DNA from: an uncultured Acidobacteriota bacterium
Lineage (GTDB): Bacteria > Acidobacteriota > Thermoanaerobaculia > Multivoradales > JAHEKO01
Direction of reading: 5' to 3'
Length of the DNA: 64,000 bases
Assembly (NCBI GenBank): GCA_963713825.1
Contig: CAVQNG010000001.1
Location: forward strand, 320,001-384,000
This document shows, piece by piece, positions 45,983-58,521 of this stretch. The notes beneath the pieces were generated by a model. That model worked only from the letters and a program-made list of their open reading frames with translations, was not told the origin of the DNA and ran no database searches. Within the stretch, counting starts at the first letter, position 1; every line of letters starts with the position of its first letter. Made by a program: the position numbers and the translations under genes.

Positions 45983-48754
45983 CTAACCTTCGACAGCCGC
46001 GGCGTAGGAGCCTGGGAACAGGGCCGGCGCTTGGCCATCCTGGTCGACGGGCTCGATTCTCGCAGCACAGACTTTGTATTCCCCGGTGCCGGTGACTTTG
46101 TCACCGGCATCGGTTGTCAGGTAGTTGGTGCGTGCCTCTGGAAAGTGGAACGGCATCCAGATGGCGTGGCGGCGAACCTGTCGGCTGATCATCGCCCGAC
46201 AGCGCACGCGACCTCTCCGGCTCACTACATCGACCAGCTGCCCATCTTCGACGCCTAGCTTGCGGGCGTTCGAAGGATGGATCTCGACGAAGGCCTCTGG
46301 CTGCTTCGTAGTCAGGCCCTCCGACCGCCGCGTCTGGGTCGCTGCATTGTAGTGGTAGAGAGTCCGACCGGTGGACAGGACCAGAGGGAATTCCGGGTCG
46401 GTCTCCTCGAATGGGGGAGAGTAATCGACGGGTTGAAATAGACCTTTCCCACGCAGCACGCCGTCTCTGTGGAGGTACTCGGTGCTGGGTGCATCCTCGC
46501 TTGTCACAGGCCACTGTAGCCCACCTTCCCGAGCTATCCGGGCATGTGAGATGCCAGCAAATTTCGGCGCTAGCGCAGCCAATTCGGAGTAGATCTCAGC
46601 TGGGCTGGAGTAGTCGGGCTGCTCGAGACCGATTCTCTTCATGACGTCCAGAATGATCTGCCAGTCGGCTCGCGCCTCACCGGGGGGATCGACTGCTCGG
46701 CGCACGAGCTGAACCCGCCTGTCCGAGTTTGTGAAGACGCCCTCTTTCTCGGCAAAGCAGGCTGCGGGGAGGACGACATCGGCGAAGCGACAACTCTCAT
46801 TGAAGAAGATATCCTGCACGACCACGAAATCCAGCTCGTTGAGGGCCTTCTCGACGCGCCCCACATTCGGTTCTGAGATGACGATGTCTTCGCCCATCAG
46901 GTAGAGACCGCGAAGCCTACCGTCACCCATTGCTTTCATCATCTCGTTCAGATTGAGGCCCGTGGTGGAGCTTTGCTCGACTCCCCAGGCAGCGCCGAAC
47001 TTCTCTCGCACTGCCGCCTCTTCGGCGCGCTGGTAGCCCGGATAGAAGACCGGCGAAGCACCGGAATCGTTGGCCCCTTGGACGTTGTTCTGCCCTCTCA
47101 AGGGGTTCAAGCCGGCTGAGCGGAGGCCAAGGTGTCCGGTCATCAACACCAGATTCGACAGGGCGTAGACGTTATCGGTGCCACATGTGTGCTCAGTAAT
47201 TCCCAGTGTGTAGTAGATCCCCGCCTTCCTGGTCGAAGCGTAGGCGCGAGCCACCTCTCGAATACTCTGAGCGGGAACGCCTGTCGCCGCCGCCGCTGCT
47301 TCAGGGGTATACCGGAGGACGGTCTCTCGAACGGCTTCGAAGTTCTCGGTATTGGCTTCGATCCAGGGACGATTCTCCAGACCCTCGGTGACAATGACGT
47401 TGGCCATGGCATTGAGGAGCCAGACGTCCGACCCCGGTTTGAGCTGCAGGTGCCAATCGGCAATCTCGGTCAGCCAGATGGCTCGCGGGTCGGCGACCGC
47501 CAGTTGGGCCCCTCTCTGCACTGCGCGCTTCATCTCCATGGCGATGATGGGATGTGCCTCGGTCGTGTTCGATCCGGTTACGAAGAGGAAGTCCGCGTCC
47601 CGAATCTCGGGGATCGAGTTGGTCATCGCGCCCGCTCCGTAGGTGGTCACCAGACCGGCGACCGTGGGAGCGTGTCACGTAGCGGCGCATTGATGGACGT
47701 TGTGGGTCTGAAACCCCGCGCGAGCCAACTTCTGCATCAGGTAGTTCTCTTCGCCCGTGCAACGGCTCGAGCTGATGAAGGCCAGCGCATCGCCACCATG
47801 CGCTGCGGCAACTCCGAGCAAACCCGCGCTGACCCGATCCAGGGCCTCATCCCAGGTCGCCGGGACCAACTCACCAGCATCGTTGCGCACGAGCGGCTCC
47901 TGGAGTCGATCGGGATGATGGATGAAGTCGTTGGCGAAGCGCCCCTTGACGCAGAGGTTGCCGTCGTTGACGGTCGTCCCCGGTGGCGGACTGGTCACTT
48001 TGACGACCCGATTCGCTGCGACGTCGACATTCAGATCGACCTGGCAGCCGACTCCACAGAAGTTACAGGTCGTGCGAACCTTGTCGAGATCTTTCTCGGG
48101 TTTGCCCCAGGCCAAGGCCGACTTCTCGGTCATGGCACCGGTAGGGCAGACGTCGATGCAGCCGCCACACAACTCGCAGGTCGTGTCGGTCAGGGTGCGC
48201 TCGTCGGCTGTCGAGATCGTGGTCCTGGCTCCTTTGAAAGCCAGTGTGATGGCGCTCACCGCCTCGACTTCGTCGCAATACCGGGTGCACAGAGAGCAGG
48301 CTATGCATCGATCTGGTCGATACTGGATATAGGGATTGTCGTCCGCAGGGCGCCCCTGTCTGGGAGAGTCAACGGGAATCCACTCGCCAGCGGTGCCGTA
48401 GTGTTCTGCTAGATCATGGAGCCGTGAAGGGTTGTTGTCCTCCGCCAGCTCCCGATCCTGAATCGTGTCGGCGAGATGGAGAGAGAGAATGAACTGCCGA
48501 TTGCGCGCAACTCTCGGGGTCGAAGACCGAACCACCATCCCTGGCGACACGCGGGTCGCACAGGCCGGTTGCATGAGATTGGAACCCTCGACCTCGACGA
48601 GGCAGATTCGACAGGCGCCTGCCGGTGTCAGGCGATCGTCGTGACACAGCGTAGGAATCTCGACTTCGGCTCGGCGAGCGGCCTCGAGGATGGTCTCACC
48701 GGCCTCATAGTCGAGCTCGTTGCCATCGATAATCACGAATCGGCTCTCAGTCAT
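45983..48754 (-). CDS. Selenocysteine-containing formate dehydrogenase alpha subunit (FdsA/FdhF-like, Mo/W-bisPGD)
   Basis: ORFs 47675-48754 and 45983-47650 are one frame joined by TGA at 47675-47677: NVHQCAAT-U-HAPTVAGL; PLRGQNNVQG; N-terminal 2Fe-2S and 4Fe-4S motifs. Confidence 0.93.
47645..47663 (-). promoter_or_regulatory. Bacterial SECIS element
   Basis: GGUCGCC-GGUCU-GGUGACC hairpin 11 nt 3' of the in-frame UGA, similar to the E. coli fdhF SECIS region. Confidence 0.85.
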
Positions 48755-48759
48755 GGTAT

Positions 48760-50289
48760 CTAGCTACCTCCCGATTTCGGATCCACTCCGAACTCACTTG
48801 GAAAGTACTTCAGTGCGCTGGTCAGGGGCAGAGCGGCGGCCTGCCCGAGTCCGCAGATGCTCGCTTCGCCCATCCCCCATGCCACGTCTTGCACATAGGC
48901 GAGGGCTTGCCGATCGCCATTGCGGTAACGCTCGAGCGCTTGCCGCAGGATCTGGGTACCAATGCGACAGGGTGAGCATTGCCCACAGGCCTCCTCTTCG
49001 AAGAAGAGGGCCTGGGTCAGGGCGGCGTCAACCATGTCGACCGTGTCGTTGAGCACGACCACTCCCGCAGATCCCAGCATGCTGCCAGCGTCGCGAAGGG
49101 AGGAGAAGTCCATCGCAACGTCGATGCTGGAGGCGGGCAGGAAGCCACTGGAAGCACCGCCGGGCGAGAAGGCCTTGAGGTTCCCTGTCACGCCACCCGC
49201 CAGATCGAGCAGCTGCCGCATGGTCGTTCCCATGGGGGCCTCGTAGACGCCGGATTTCGCCACGTGCCCCGACAGACAATAGAGCTTGGTCCCTGGCTCC
49301 GTCAGGCCGAGTTCTCGGAACCAATCACCACCACGGCTCAGGATGCTGTGTAGACAAGCGACCGACTCGACGTTCTGAATAAGCGTCGGCTTGCCTCGAA
49401 AGCCCTTTTCCACTGGGAAGGGAGGTTTCATCCGCGGCATTCCCCGTTTGCCCTCCAGTGCCTCGAGAAGCGCTGTCTCCTCGCCGCAAATGTAGGCGCC
49501 GTGACCGTCCACGAAGTGCCAGGTGACGTCGTCGTCGATGTGACCAGCGTCCCGAGCTTCCTCGAGCGCTGTTTCGAGCGCGCGACGAACTCGGCCGAAT
49601 TCGCCTCGCACGTAGGCATAGACGTGGCGCGCTTGCAGGCACTGGGCGGCGATTGCCAGACCTTCGATGACGAGATGGGGCCGTCTGAGAATGACCTCGC
49701 GATCCTTGAAGGTTCCGGGCTCGCCCTCGTCGGCATTGAGTACCACGTAGCGGTCTGTCTCTGCTTGTTCGCGGATCGCCTGCCACTTGATATGAGCAGG
49801 GAAGCCAGCTCCGCCGCGACCTGTGAGGCCCGAGCTCTCGAGCTGCCCGACCACCCAGTCAGGCCCCTGGGAGACGGCCTCCCGAAGCGCTTCGTACTCG
49901 GCAGAGTCCGCCGCTTCGAGGTCGATCGCCAAATCAGGGCTACTTGGCGAGCTGTTCGCCTTCGCGATCGGACTCTCTTCGGTCGGGTCCCAGGAGGCCG
50001 GAGCCTGATCGCAGCGGCCCAAGCAGGAGGCGAAGACAGCTGGCTTGCCCGCAGTAGTCAGCTCCGACATCAGATTGCGGCAGTCGGAGAGTTGACAGGT
50101 CAAGCCCTGACAGACTCGAATTCCCGCCTCGGGTTGCTCGAGGAGAGAGAAAAACGTCGCAACGCCGTAGATATCGGCCTCGGGTACCAGCGTCTCGCGG
50201 TGGACCTGCGTCGCGACGCCGGTGCGCCGTCCTCCAGCCTCTTCGAGCTTTTCGAGAACCTCTTCACGACGAGCATTCTTGGGCTGCAT
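48760..50289 (-). CDS. NAD(H)-binding flavoprotein subunit, NuoE-NuoF (FdsG-FdsB-like) fusion
   Basis: VCQGLTC...CLGRC 2Fe-2S motif; [40 protein letters not shown]...C. Confidence 0.92.
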   Translation of the reverse strand: MQPKNARREEVLEKLEEAGGRRTGVATQVHRETLVPEADIYGVATFFSLLEQPEAGIRVCQGLTCQLSDCRNLMSELTTAGKPAVFASCLGRCDQAPASWDPTEESPIAKANSSPSSPDLAIDLEAADSAEYEALREAVSQGPDWVVGQLESSGLTGRGGAGFPAHIKWQAIREQAETDRYVVLNADEGEPGTFKDREVILRRPHLVIEGLAIAAQCLQARHVYAYVRGEFGRVRRALETALEEARDAGHIDDDVTWHFVDGHGAYICGEETALLEALEGKRGMPRMKPPFPVEKGFRGKPTLIQNVESVACLHSILSRGGDWFRELGLTEPGTKLYCLSGHVAKSGVYEAPMGTTMRQLLDLAGGVTGNLKAFSPGGASSGFLPASSIDVAMDFSSLRDAGSMLGSAGVVVLNDTVDMVDAALTQALFFEEEACGQCSPCRIGTQILRQALERYRNGDRQALAYVQDVAWGMGEASICGLGQAAALPLTSALKYFPSEFGVDPKSGGS

Positions 50290-50499
50290 GTTCAGGACTC
50301 CCGACTGCGAGTAGGCCTTCAGCTGAGGAGCTCGAGGCTTTTCTCCGAGCGGTTGGCTGACCTCGATTTAGCGATCGAATCTACCATAACGGCTGTCGAT
50401 CCTTTGGCCTGTCGGTCGGTAGGCGACCGCGACTCATCACCGGCGGATCAGGGGTCTCGATGGCAGGCAAGATCTCTGGTCCGCGATAGAATTGGCTCG

Positions 50500-53400
50500 A
50501 TGAGGCGAGAAATCGAGATCTACCGACCCAAGAATCACATTCGAATTGTCACCGCTGGCGCGCTCTTTGATGGCCACGACGCGGCGATCAATATCATGCG
50601 GAGGCTACTGCAGGCCTCTGGGGCCGAAGTGATCCATCTCGGTCATAACCGGTCGGCAGCTGAGATCGCTGAATGTGCCATCGAGGAGGATGTGCAGGGG
50701 GTCGCCATCACTTCGTACCAGGGCGGACACCTGGAATTCCTCAAGTATCTGCACGACTTGTTGGGAAAATCCGAGGCCGACATCCGAATCTACGGTGGTG
50801 GTGGGGGAACCATCCTTCCCGACGAGATCGAAGAGCTTCATGCCTATGGGATCGATCGGATCTTCTCGCCGGACGATGGTCGATCTCTCGGCCTGCAGGG
50901 GATGATCAATGAGGTCCTGAAGGGTTGCGATTTTCCAACTGTGGAGCCGCCGCTCGAACCGTACCTGACGGCGCTTCAGGGCAGAAGTGCAAAGGCCGTC
51001 GGGCAGATGATCTCGTTGGCTGAGAACTATCCAGACCTCGCACCAGAGATCGACGAGGCTCTGAGTGGACTAACCGTTGGGGTTTCCACGCCGGTTCTCG
51101 GCATCACGGGCACGGGCGGCTCCGGCAAGTCCTCGCTGGTTGACGAGCTGGTTCGCCGGTTCCTGCCGGATTTTCAGGACAAGACGATCGCTGTTATCTC
51201 TGTGGACCCGTCGAAGCGCAAGAGTGGAGGAGCCCTGCTGGGGGATCGTATTCGAATGAATGCGGTCTACCACCCCAGGGTCTACATGCGGTCGTTGGCC
51301 ACTCGGCAGTCCAATCTGGCGCTCAGCAAGTACGTTCGCGAGTCGATCGAGATCTGCAAAGCCTCGGGGTTCGATCTGATCATCGTCGAGACTTCTGGAA
51401 TCGGGCAGTCGGATACCGAAATCGTGGAGCACTCCGATGTTTCGATGTACGTCATGACAGCGGAGTACGGCGCCGCTACCCAGCTCGAGAAGATCGATAT
51501 GTTGGACTTTGCCGATCTGATCGTCATCAACAAATTCGACAAGGGGGGCTCTCTGGACGCACTGCGCGACGTTCGTCGCCAGTTCCGACGCAACCACCAG
51601 GCATTCGAAGGAGACGACGAAGAGCTACCGATCTATGGAACGGTGGCGTCTCAATTCAACGATCCGGGCGTCAACCGGCTCTATGCCGAGCTCTTGAAGT
51701 GTCTCGAGGACCAGCAGGGTGAAACGTTCGAGCGGCCTGACTCGGGGACCACCGAGGGTGAGTCCAAACTCCAGGTCATCCCTCCGGAGAGAGTCCGCTA
51801 CCTGGCCGAGATCGTCGAAAGTAGCGAATCTCGCGACCGCTTCGTGCAGGAGCAGTCTTCGATCGCCCGGCGGATGTATCAACTCAACGGCACCATCGAG
51901 CTTTTGCGGGCCGAGGTCGGCAGACAGTCTCTCGAGGTTGTCGAGCCCGGTGCCGATCGGGTCGTTCAGGTCATCGAGCATGAGGAGGCGGAGCCCGCAT
52001 ACCTGAAAGATCTCATCGACCGCTACAACACCCTCGAAGCTAGCCTCGATCCGGAGTGCCGCGAGCTAATGAAAGGCTGGCCTGCCACTGTCAGAAGGTA
52101 CCGCGCCGATCGATACCGCTTCCAGGTGCGCGACAAGGTTGTCGAACAGGATCTGTTCACGGTGAGTCTGTCCGGGACCAGAATCCCCAAGGTGTGCCTG
52201 CCGCGATATCAAGATTGGGGTGACGTCCTCGAGTGGTTGCTGACCGAGAACGCGCCAGGGATGTTTCCGTTTGCAGCCGGCGTTTTTCCCTTGAAACGAA
52301 TGGGCGAGGACCCGACTCGGATGTTTGCCGGCGAAGGGGGGCCCGAGGCGACGAACCGTCGTTTTCACTACCTCTCCAAGGATATGCCGGCCAAACGACT
52401 GTCGACAGCCTTTGATTCGGTAACGCTCTACGGGGAGGACCCCGATCGCCGGCCCGACATCTACGGCAAGATCGGTAATTCGGGAGTCAGCATCGCTACC
52501 GTGGACGATGCCAAGAAACTGTACTCGGGTTTCGACCTGGCTGATCCGAATACCTCCGTCTCGATGACGATCAACGGTCCAGCACCAATGATCCTGTCCT
52601 TCTTCATGAATGCGGCGATCGACCAACAGTGCGAGCGATACGTTCGCGAGCAAGGCCAGGAGAAGGCGGTTGAGGAGCGGATCGAAGCGATCTACGCCGA
52701 GAAAGCACAGCCTCGACCCCAATACCAGGGTTCGCTGCCGCCAGGCAGCGATGGTCTGGGTCTTCTGCTGCTCGGGGTGAGCGGTGATCAGGTGCTCGAT
52801 CGAGAGGTCTACGAACGGATCAAGGCCGATTCGCTCAAGCGGGTCCGCGGTACGGTGCAGGCCGATATTCTGAAAGAAGACCAGGCGCAGAACACCTGCA
52901 TCTTCTCGACTGAGTTCGCGCTGCGGATGATGGGGGATATCCAGGAGTACTTCATCGAGCAGGGTGTGAGGAACTTCTATTCCGTCTCCATCTCGGGGTA
53001 TCACATTGCCGAAGCAGGGGCCAACCCGGTGACCCAGTTGGCCTTTACGTTGGCCAACGGATTCACCCTCGTCGAGTATTACCTCTCTCGAGGCATGCCT
53101 ATCGACGACTTCGCTCCCAACCTGTCCTTCTTCTTCTCGAATGGCATGGATCCGGAGTACTCGGTGATTGGGCGGGTGGCACGCCGCATCTGGGCCAAGG
53201 CGATGCGACTGAAGTACGGTGCCAACGAGCGCTCTCAGAAGCTCAAGTATCACATTCAAACTTCAGGCAGGAGCCTGCACGCCCAGGAGATTGCGTTCAA
53301 CGACATCAGAACCACACTGCAGGCGCTGTACGCCATTTACGACAATTGCAACTCCTTGCATACCAATGCCTATGACGAGGCCATTACAACGCCCACAGAG

Positions 53401-53946
53401 GAGAGTGTACGGCGGGCAGTGGCCATTCAGTTGATCATCAACAATGAGTTGGGTCTGGCCACGAACGAGAACCCGCTACAGGGGTCGTTCGTGATCGAGG
53501 AGTTGACGGACCTGGTTGAAGAAGCCGTCCTCAACGAATTTCGAAGTCTTTCAGAACGAGGCGGCGTCCTCGGAGCCATGGAGAGAATGTACCAGCGGAC
53601 GAAGATCCAGGAAGAGTCGCTATCCTACGAGTCTCTGAAGCACAGCGGGGAGCTGCCCATTATCGGAGTCAATACGTTCCTGAATCCCGAAGATTCGGCG
53701 ACGCGGGTGCCACATGAAGTGAGGCGGTCGACGGAGGAGGAGAAGGACTACGCGATTCAATCTCGGCAGGCATTCAGTCAGCGCAACACGCCAGAGGGAG
53801 CCGCGGCTCTGCAGCGTTTGCAGGAAGTGGCTGTCGAACAGGGCAATATCTTCGAGGCGCTCATGGAGGTGGGAAAGATCTGCAGCCTCGGTGAGATATC
53901 CAACGCTCTCTACGAGGTCGGTGGCCAGTATCGGCGGAACATGTGA
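50500..53946 (+). CDS. icmF: Fused isobutyryl-CoA mutase (B12-binding, MeaI GTPase and mutase domains)
   Basis: [32 protein letters not shown] (Phe specificity residue), [12 protein letters not shown]; real start ATG 50500. Confidence 0.95.
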   Translation: MRREIEIYRPKNHIRIVTAGALFDGHDAAINIMRRLLQASGAEVIHLGHNRSAAEIAECAIEEDVQGVAITSYQGGHLEFLKYLHDLLGKSEADIRIYGGGGGTILPDEIEELHAYGIDRIFSPDDGRSLGLQGMINEVLKGCDFPTVEPPLEPYLTALQGRSAKAVGQMISLAENYPDLAPEIDEALSGLTVGVSTPVLGITGTGGSGKSSLVDELVRRFLPDFQDKTIAVISVDPSKRKSGGALLGDRIRMNAVYHPRVYMRSLATRQSNLALSKYVRESIEICKASGFDLIIVETSGIGQSDTEIVEHSDVSMYVMTAEYGAATQLEKIDMLDFADLIVINKFDKGGSLDALRDVRRQFRRNHQAFEGDDEELPIYGTVASQFNDPGVNRLYAELLKCLEDQQGETFERPDSGTTEGESKLQVIPPERVRYLAEIVESSESRDRFVQEQSSIARRMYQLNGTIELLRAEVGRQSLEVVEPGADRVVQVIEHEEAEPAYLKDLIDRYNTLEASLDPECRELMKGWPATVRRYRADRYRFQVRDKVVEQDLFTVSLSGTRIPKVCLPRYQDWGDVLEWLLTENAPGMFPFAAGVFPLKRMGEDPTRMFAGEGGPEATNRRFHYLSKDMPAKRLSTAFDSVTLYGEDPDRRPDIYGKIGNSGVSIATVDDAKKLYSGFDLADPNTSVSMTINGPAPMILSFFMNAAIDQQCERYVREQGQEKAVEERIEAIYAEKAQPRPQYQGSLPPGSDGLGLLLLGVSGDQVLDREVYERIKADSLKRVRGTVQADILKEDQAQNTCIFSTEFALRMMGDIQEYFIEQGVRNFYSVSISGYHIAEAGANPVTQLAFTLANGFTLVEYYLSRGMPIDDFAPNLSFFFSNGMDPEYSVIGRVARRIWAKAMRLKYGANERSQKLKYHIQTSGRSLHAQEIAFNDIRTTLQALYAIYDNCNSLHTNAYDEAITTPTEESVRRAVAIQLIINNELGLATNENPLQGSFVIEELTDLVEEAVLNEFRSLSERGGVLGAMERMYQRTKIQEESLSYESLKHSGELPIIGVNTFLNPEDSATRVPHEVRRSTEEEKDYAIQSRQAFSQRNTPEGAAALQRLQEVAVEQGNIFEALMEVGKICSLGEISNALYEVGGQYRRNM

Positions 53947-53968
53947 TGCGAGCGGAGCAGGAGTTCTG

Positions 53969-56900
53969 ATGGCAGCGTCGGAAGAAGGGTTCCCTCCGAT
54001 CTCGTACGCCGATTGGCGCCGCCGCGTCGACTCCGAGCTACGCGGCGCAGACTTTGCCACCGCGCTGACCTCGACAGGCTCCGAGGGTTTCAGTGTCGAT
54101 CCGCTGTTTACCTCGAAGTACCCCACACAGTCTGCAAACAGGGATTCGGTCAGCTGGTCGAAGTCTAGGATCGGCTCTCTGCATCGTTGGAGGGAGTCCC
54201 AAGGCTCTACCTCAGGCAGTCGCGTGCTCTGCCAGGAGTATGGTGATGACGATCCGGTCGAAATCAACCGGAGGCTGGGAGGGGATCTGGCTGGCGGCTC
54301 GACGGGTGCCTGGCTGCACCTCGGAGCCAGAGGCTCTGCGATCTCGAGCTTGGAGGAGTTTGACGTCGCCACGAAGAAGCTACCCATTGCACCCAGCCTC
54401 TGGATGTTCTCGGTCGAAGGGGATCTCCCAACGTCGGCTGCTCTTGCGAGTGAGGCGTTCGAATCCCGTAGGGAGAGCGCCAGTGACCCGACTGTCGTGT
54501 TGAGGTTGGATCCTCTCTCAGGTCTTGGGGAGGATGCGTCGCCATCGTCAGGTCTGGATGAGGCAACGGGCGTCTTGGCGCGGGTTGTCGAGCGCTTCGG
54601 GAAGCGGTTTCCGAACTCTCGGTCCATTGTCGTATCGACAGTTGCCCTAGGCGCTGACATTTCGAGCCTGGTTCAAGAGCTCGGCCTGGCGACGGCTTCG
54701 GCAGCCCGGTACCTTCGCTACCTTGAAGATGAAGGACTGGAGAAGGCCGCAACAGCGTCGCAACTGGGTTTCTCCTTTGGTATCGGCTGCGAGGTCTTCT
54801 CAGAGATTGCCAAGCTGCGTGCAATCCGCCTCCTCTGGAGCAGGCTTCTTCTGGAAGAGGGCGTAACCGAGCCGTCAGAACCTTGGATCCACGCCGTTTG
54901 CGGCGCTGGTGGGGAGACGTTGGAGGCTGAGGCGTGGCGGCATCTGCTGCGAAGCACGACGTCCACCTTTGCAGCGATCTCGGGAGGTGCTGATGTCATC
55001 AGCTCGATTCCCTTTGCCCTGGGAGACGAACCGCACCAAGATCGTCTGGCACGAAACATCCAGCTGATCCTTGCTGAAGAGTGCTCTCTCGAGGCAGTCA
55101 CAGATCCCGGCGCTGGCTCCTACTATCTCGAGTGGCTGACCGAGGAGCTCGCGCAGCAAGCCTGGGATTTCTATCGACAAATCGACAGTCGCGGTGGACT
55201 CCCACCGTCGAACCGCAGGGGACGCAGTCTGGAAGACTCGGCTAGCGGACCTGAGACGGAAGCTGGACTCGAGTCGCGTCCTCTCGACGGAGTGCCCTAC
55301 ACGGACACAATGCCCGGCTTCCCGCCCTTTTTGCGTGGCCCATATCCGACGATGTACGTTCGGCGACCGTGGACGATCCGACAGTACGCCGGGTTCTCGA
55401 CAGCGGAGGAATCGAACGCATTCTATCGCCGCAACCTGGCGGGCGGGCAGAAGGGGCTGTCGATCGCATTCGACCTGCCAACCCACCGCGGCTACGACTC
55501 TGACAACCCCCGGGTTGCCGGAGACGTTGGTATGGCAGGCGTCGCCATCGACTCGATTCTCGACATGCGAATCCTCTTCGAGGCCATACCGCTCGACAAG
55601 ATGAGCGTTTCGATGACCATGAACGGTGCGGTTCTTCCTGTGATGGCCCTCTTCATCGTGGCTGCGGAGGAGCAGGGCGTGGCACCACAACGGCTCTCAG
55701 GGACGATTCAGAACGACATCCTGAAGGAGTTCATGGTCCGCAATACCTACATCTATCCCCCGTCTGATTCGATGCGGATCGTTCGCGACATCATCTCCTA
55801 TTGTGCCGTGCACATGCCGAAGTTCAATAGCGTTTCGATCTCCGGGTATCACATGCAGGAGGCGGGCGCGTCGGCCGATCTCGAGCTGGCCTATACCCTC
55901 GCCGACGGCTTGGAGTACATCCGGACAGGTCTCAGCGCTGGACTCGGGATCGATGATTTCGCTCCCCGGTTGTCCTTCTTCTTCGGCATCGGGATGGACT
56001 ACTTCACGGAAGTGGCCAAGCTCCGAGCCGCGCGCCTGCTGTGGGCCGAGCTCGTGCAGGATTTCGAACCACGGGATCCCCGCTCCTTGATGTTGCGCAC
56101 TCACTGTCAGACATCTGGCTGGTCCCTCGCGGCCAAGGACGTTTTCAACAACGTATCCCGGACGTGTATCGAAGCCATGGCGGCGGTGCACGGGCAGACC
56201 CAGTCCTTGCACACGAATTCATTCGACGAAGCCCTCGCTTTGCCGACGGACTTCTCGGCTCGGATCGCCCGCGAGACACAGATTCTCTTGCGAGACGAGT
56301 CAGGTACCTGCCGTGTGATCGATCCTTGGGGTGGTAGCCACTTCGTCGAGAAGCTGACCCATGACCTGGCGGCCAAGTCCAGAGATCTGATTACCGAGGT
56401 CGAGCGAATGGGTGGAATGGTCAAGGCTGTCGAAGCCGGCCTACCGAAGCTTCGAATCGAGGAGGCCGCAGCCCGCACACAGGCGAGGATCGATTCCGGC
56501 CGCCAGCCCATCATCGGCGTCAACAAATACATCTCGAGCGTGCCGGATTCGGTCGAGGTCCTGAGCGTCGACAATCAAGTCGTCAGACAGACGCAGATCG
56601 ATCGACTCGTTCGCCTCCGTGCGACCCGAGATGACAAGCTGGTCGAAACCGCTCTTAGGGAGCTGACAGAGGCCGCAAAGTCGAACGATGCGAACCTCCT
56701 TGACCTCGCTGTCCGTGCGGCAAGAGCCTGGGCTACCGTGGGAGAGATCTCTGCCTGTCTCGAGGAAGTCTTCGGTAGACATCATCCGACGAGTCGTGTG
56801 GTCGGCGGGGTGTACAGTAAGGAGATGGGTGAAGGTCGAACCGAGGTCGAAACCGTTCGCAGTCGGGTAGAGGAGTTCCTCGCTCGGGAAGGGCGTCGGC

Positions 56901-57295
56901 CCAGAATCCTGGTCGCCAAAGTCGGCCAGGATGGGCATGATCGAGGTCAAAAGGTCATCGCGAGTGGCTTCTCTGACCTCGGCTTCGACGTTGATATAGG
57001 GCCACTATTCCAGACTCCCGCAGAAGTCGCCAGGCAGGCGGTGGAGAACGACGTGCATATCGTCGGCGTGAGCTCGCTCGCCGCCGGGCATGCGAGTCTC
57101 GTTCCGAGCTTGTGCCGAGAACTGGAAGATCTGAGTCGCAGCGACATTCTGGTCGTGGTCGGAGGAGTCGTGCCCGAGAAGGATCAACCATCTCTGCTCG
57201 CAGCCGGGGCCAGTGCAGTCTTCGGTCCCGGCACACCGATTCCGACAGCGGCAGCGGAATTGCTGGATAGCCTCGAGAACATGGTTCAGGAATGA
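53969..57295 (+). CDS. Methylmalonyl-CoA mutase: single-chain fusion of a degenerate beta-subunit domain and the catalytic alpha subunit
   Basis: FPPISYADW...[19 protein letters not shown] and [10 protein letters not shown] (beta-like), then WTIRQYAGF and GQDGHDRG (alpha, Tyr specificity); AGGAG SD. Confidence 0.9.
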   Translation: MAASEEGFPPISYADWRRRVDSELRGADFATALTSTGSEGFSVDPLFTSKYPTQSANRDSVSWSKSRIGSLHRWRESQGSTSGSRVLCQEYGDDDPVEINRRLGGDLAGGSTGAWLHLGARGSAISSLEEFDVATKKLPIAPSLWMFSVEGDLPTSAALASEAFESRRESASDPTVVLRLDPLSGLGEDASPSSGLDEATGVLARVVERFGKRFPNSRSIVVSTVALGADISSLVQELGLATASAARYLRYLEDEGLEKAATASQLGFSFGIGCEVFSEIAKLRAIRLLWSRLLLEEGVTEPSEPWIHAVCGAGGETLEAEAWRHLLRSTTSTFAAISGGADVISSIPFALGDEPHQDRLARNIQLILAEECSLEAVTDPGAGSYYLEWLTEELAQQAWDFYRQIDSRGGLPPSNRRGRSLEDSASGPETEAGLESRPLDGVPYTDTMPGFPPFLRGPYPTMYVRRPWTIRQYAGFSTAEESNAFYRRNLAGGQKGLSIAFDLPTHRGYDSDNPRVAGDVGMAGVAIDSILDMRILFEAIPLDKMSVSMTMNGAVLPVMALFIVAAEEQGVAPQRLSGTIQNDILKEFMVRNTYIYPPSDSMRIVRDIISYCAVHMPKFNSVSISGYHMQEAGASADLELAYTLADGLEYIRTGLSAGLGIDDFAPRLSFFFGIGMDYFTEVAKLRAARLLWAELVQDFEPRDPRSLMLRTHCQTSGWSLAAKDVFNNVSRTCIEAMAAVHGQTQSLHTNSFDEALALPTDFSARIARETQILLRDESGTCRVIDPWGGSHFVEKLTHDLAAKSRDLITEVERMGGMVKAVEAGLPKLRIEEAAARTQARIDSGRQPIIGVNKYISSVPDSVEVLSVDNQVVRQTQIDRLVRLRATRDDKLVETALRELTEAAKSNDANLLDLAVRAARAWATVGEISACLEEVFGRHHPTSRVVGGVYSKEMGEGRTEVETVRSRVEEFLAREGRRPRILVAKVGQDGHDRGQKVIASGFSDLGFDVDIGPLFQTPAEVARQAVENDVHIVGVSSLAAGHASLVPSLCRELEDLSRSDILVVVGGVVPEKDQPSLLAAGASAVFGPGTPIPTAAAELLDSLENMVQE

Positions 57296-57353
57296 GTTCT
57301 CCACTGGTCCACAATTCTGCGGCCGAAGGTCTGTCGAGCCGAGGGCTTGGCGA

Positions 57354-58367
57354 GTGAAGAACTCCCAAGCTTCAGATCGACGGACGTTGAGTGTCGATGA
57401 GTACGTCGAGGGCATCCGGCGCGGCAGCCGCAGGATCCTTGCACAAGCCATCACGCTGGCAGAGAGCCAGCAAGAGGCAGACGGCCAACAGACACAGGAA
57501 ATTCTCAAACAGCTGGTTCCTTTTACGGGGGAGTCGCACCGGATCGGGATCAGTGGCATCCCGGGTGTCGGTAAGAGCACTTTGATCGATGCTCTGGGGA
57601 TGCGGCTCGTCGAGTCGGAGCATCGAGTAGCGGTACTGGCAGTCGATCCTTCGAGCTCTCTGTCTGGGGGCAGCATTCTCGGCGACAAGAGCCGCATGCC
57701 CCGATTGGCTTCCGCCGATGGCGCCTTCATCCGCCCCTCGCCCAATGCTCAGAGCCTCGGTGGAGTGACCCTGAGGACGCGCGAAAGCATGCTCCTTTGC
57801 GAGGCTGCCGGGTACGACGTTGTTTTGGTCGAGACCGTGGGTGTCGGTCAATCCGAAACCATGGTTGCGAATCTGGTGGACACCTTCTTGCTCCTCATGC
57901 TTCCCGGAGCGGGGGACGAGTTGCAGGGCCTCAAGAAGGGTATCGTCGAGCTCGCTGACATCATCGCGGTCAACAAGGCGGACAATGACAACCTGGCGAA
58001 AGCGCGGATAGCCCAGCAGGAGTACATGGCGGCTCTGCACTACCTGGCGGACAAGGATGGGACATGGTCTCCTCCGGTGCTGACCGTGAGCGCCCAGACC
58101 GGCGACGGTCTCTCAGAGCTCTGGCACAGCCTGAGAGAGCACCGAACGATGCTTGTGGCGACGGGCGGTCTCGAATCGAAGCGGCAGGAACAGCTTAAAG
58201 ACTGGATATGGACAGTGATCGAGGAGCGCCTCCTGAGCACCTTTCGATCGGATCCAGAAGTTCAGAAGCGACTTCGCGAGATCCAAATAGAAGTGGGCCA
58301 GGGGCGGCTCACTGCCTCAGTGGGCGCTGACGAACTGGTCCGCATCTACCGAGAAACCGGCGATTGA
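57354..58367 (+). CDS. meaB: Methylmalonyl-CoA mutase-associated GTPase
   Basis: GISGIPGVGKST, VDPSS..SGGSILGDK.RM, ETVGVGQSE, NKAD. Confidence 0.95.
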   Translation: MKNSQASDRRTLSVDEYVEGIRRGSRRILAQAITLAESQQEADGQQTQEILKQLVPFTGESHRIGISGIPGVGKSTLIDALGMRLVESEHRVAVLAVDPSSSLSGGSILGDKSRMPRLASADGAFIRPSPNAQSLGGVTLRTRESMLLCEAAGYDVVLVETVGVGQSETMVANLVDTFLLLMLPGAGDELQGLKKGIVELADIIAVNKADNDNLAKARIAQQEYMAALHYLADKDGTWSPPVLTVSAQTGDGLSELWHSLREHRTMLVATGGLESKRQEQLKDWIWTVIEERLLSTFRSDPEVQKRLREIQIEVGQGRLTASVGADELVRIYRETGD

Positions 58368-58521
58368 TGCTAGGGAGTTCGGGCTGCCGTTGACAGCCCC
58401 AGGCCTGAGCGGGTACGGTCTCACCCAGGCGCTGAAACCAGATCTCGGCAGCTTCGGTTTGGTGGCCAGGCGCACTGATGGTAGAGATATTGAAGAAGGT
58501 TCTTTGACTCGGGAGAATGGG

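Noticed and set aside
45983-48754. FDH alpha as two genes or a pseudogene
   Set aside because: Same frame, TGA at the catalytic Sec position and a SECIS hairpin indicate recoding
49501-50499. 333-codon upstream extension of the icmF ORF (1481 aa in the track)
   Set aside because: It is antisense to the nuoEF-like gene and has no protein-like signal; IcmF homology begins at ATG 50500
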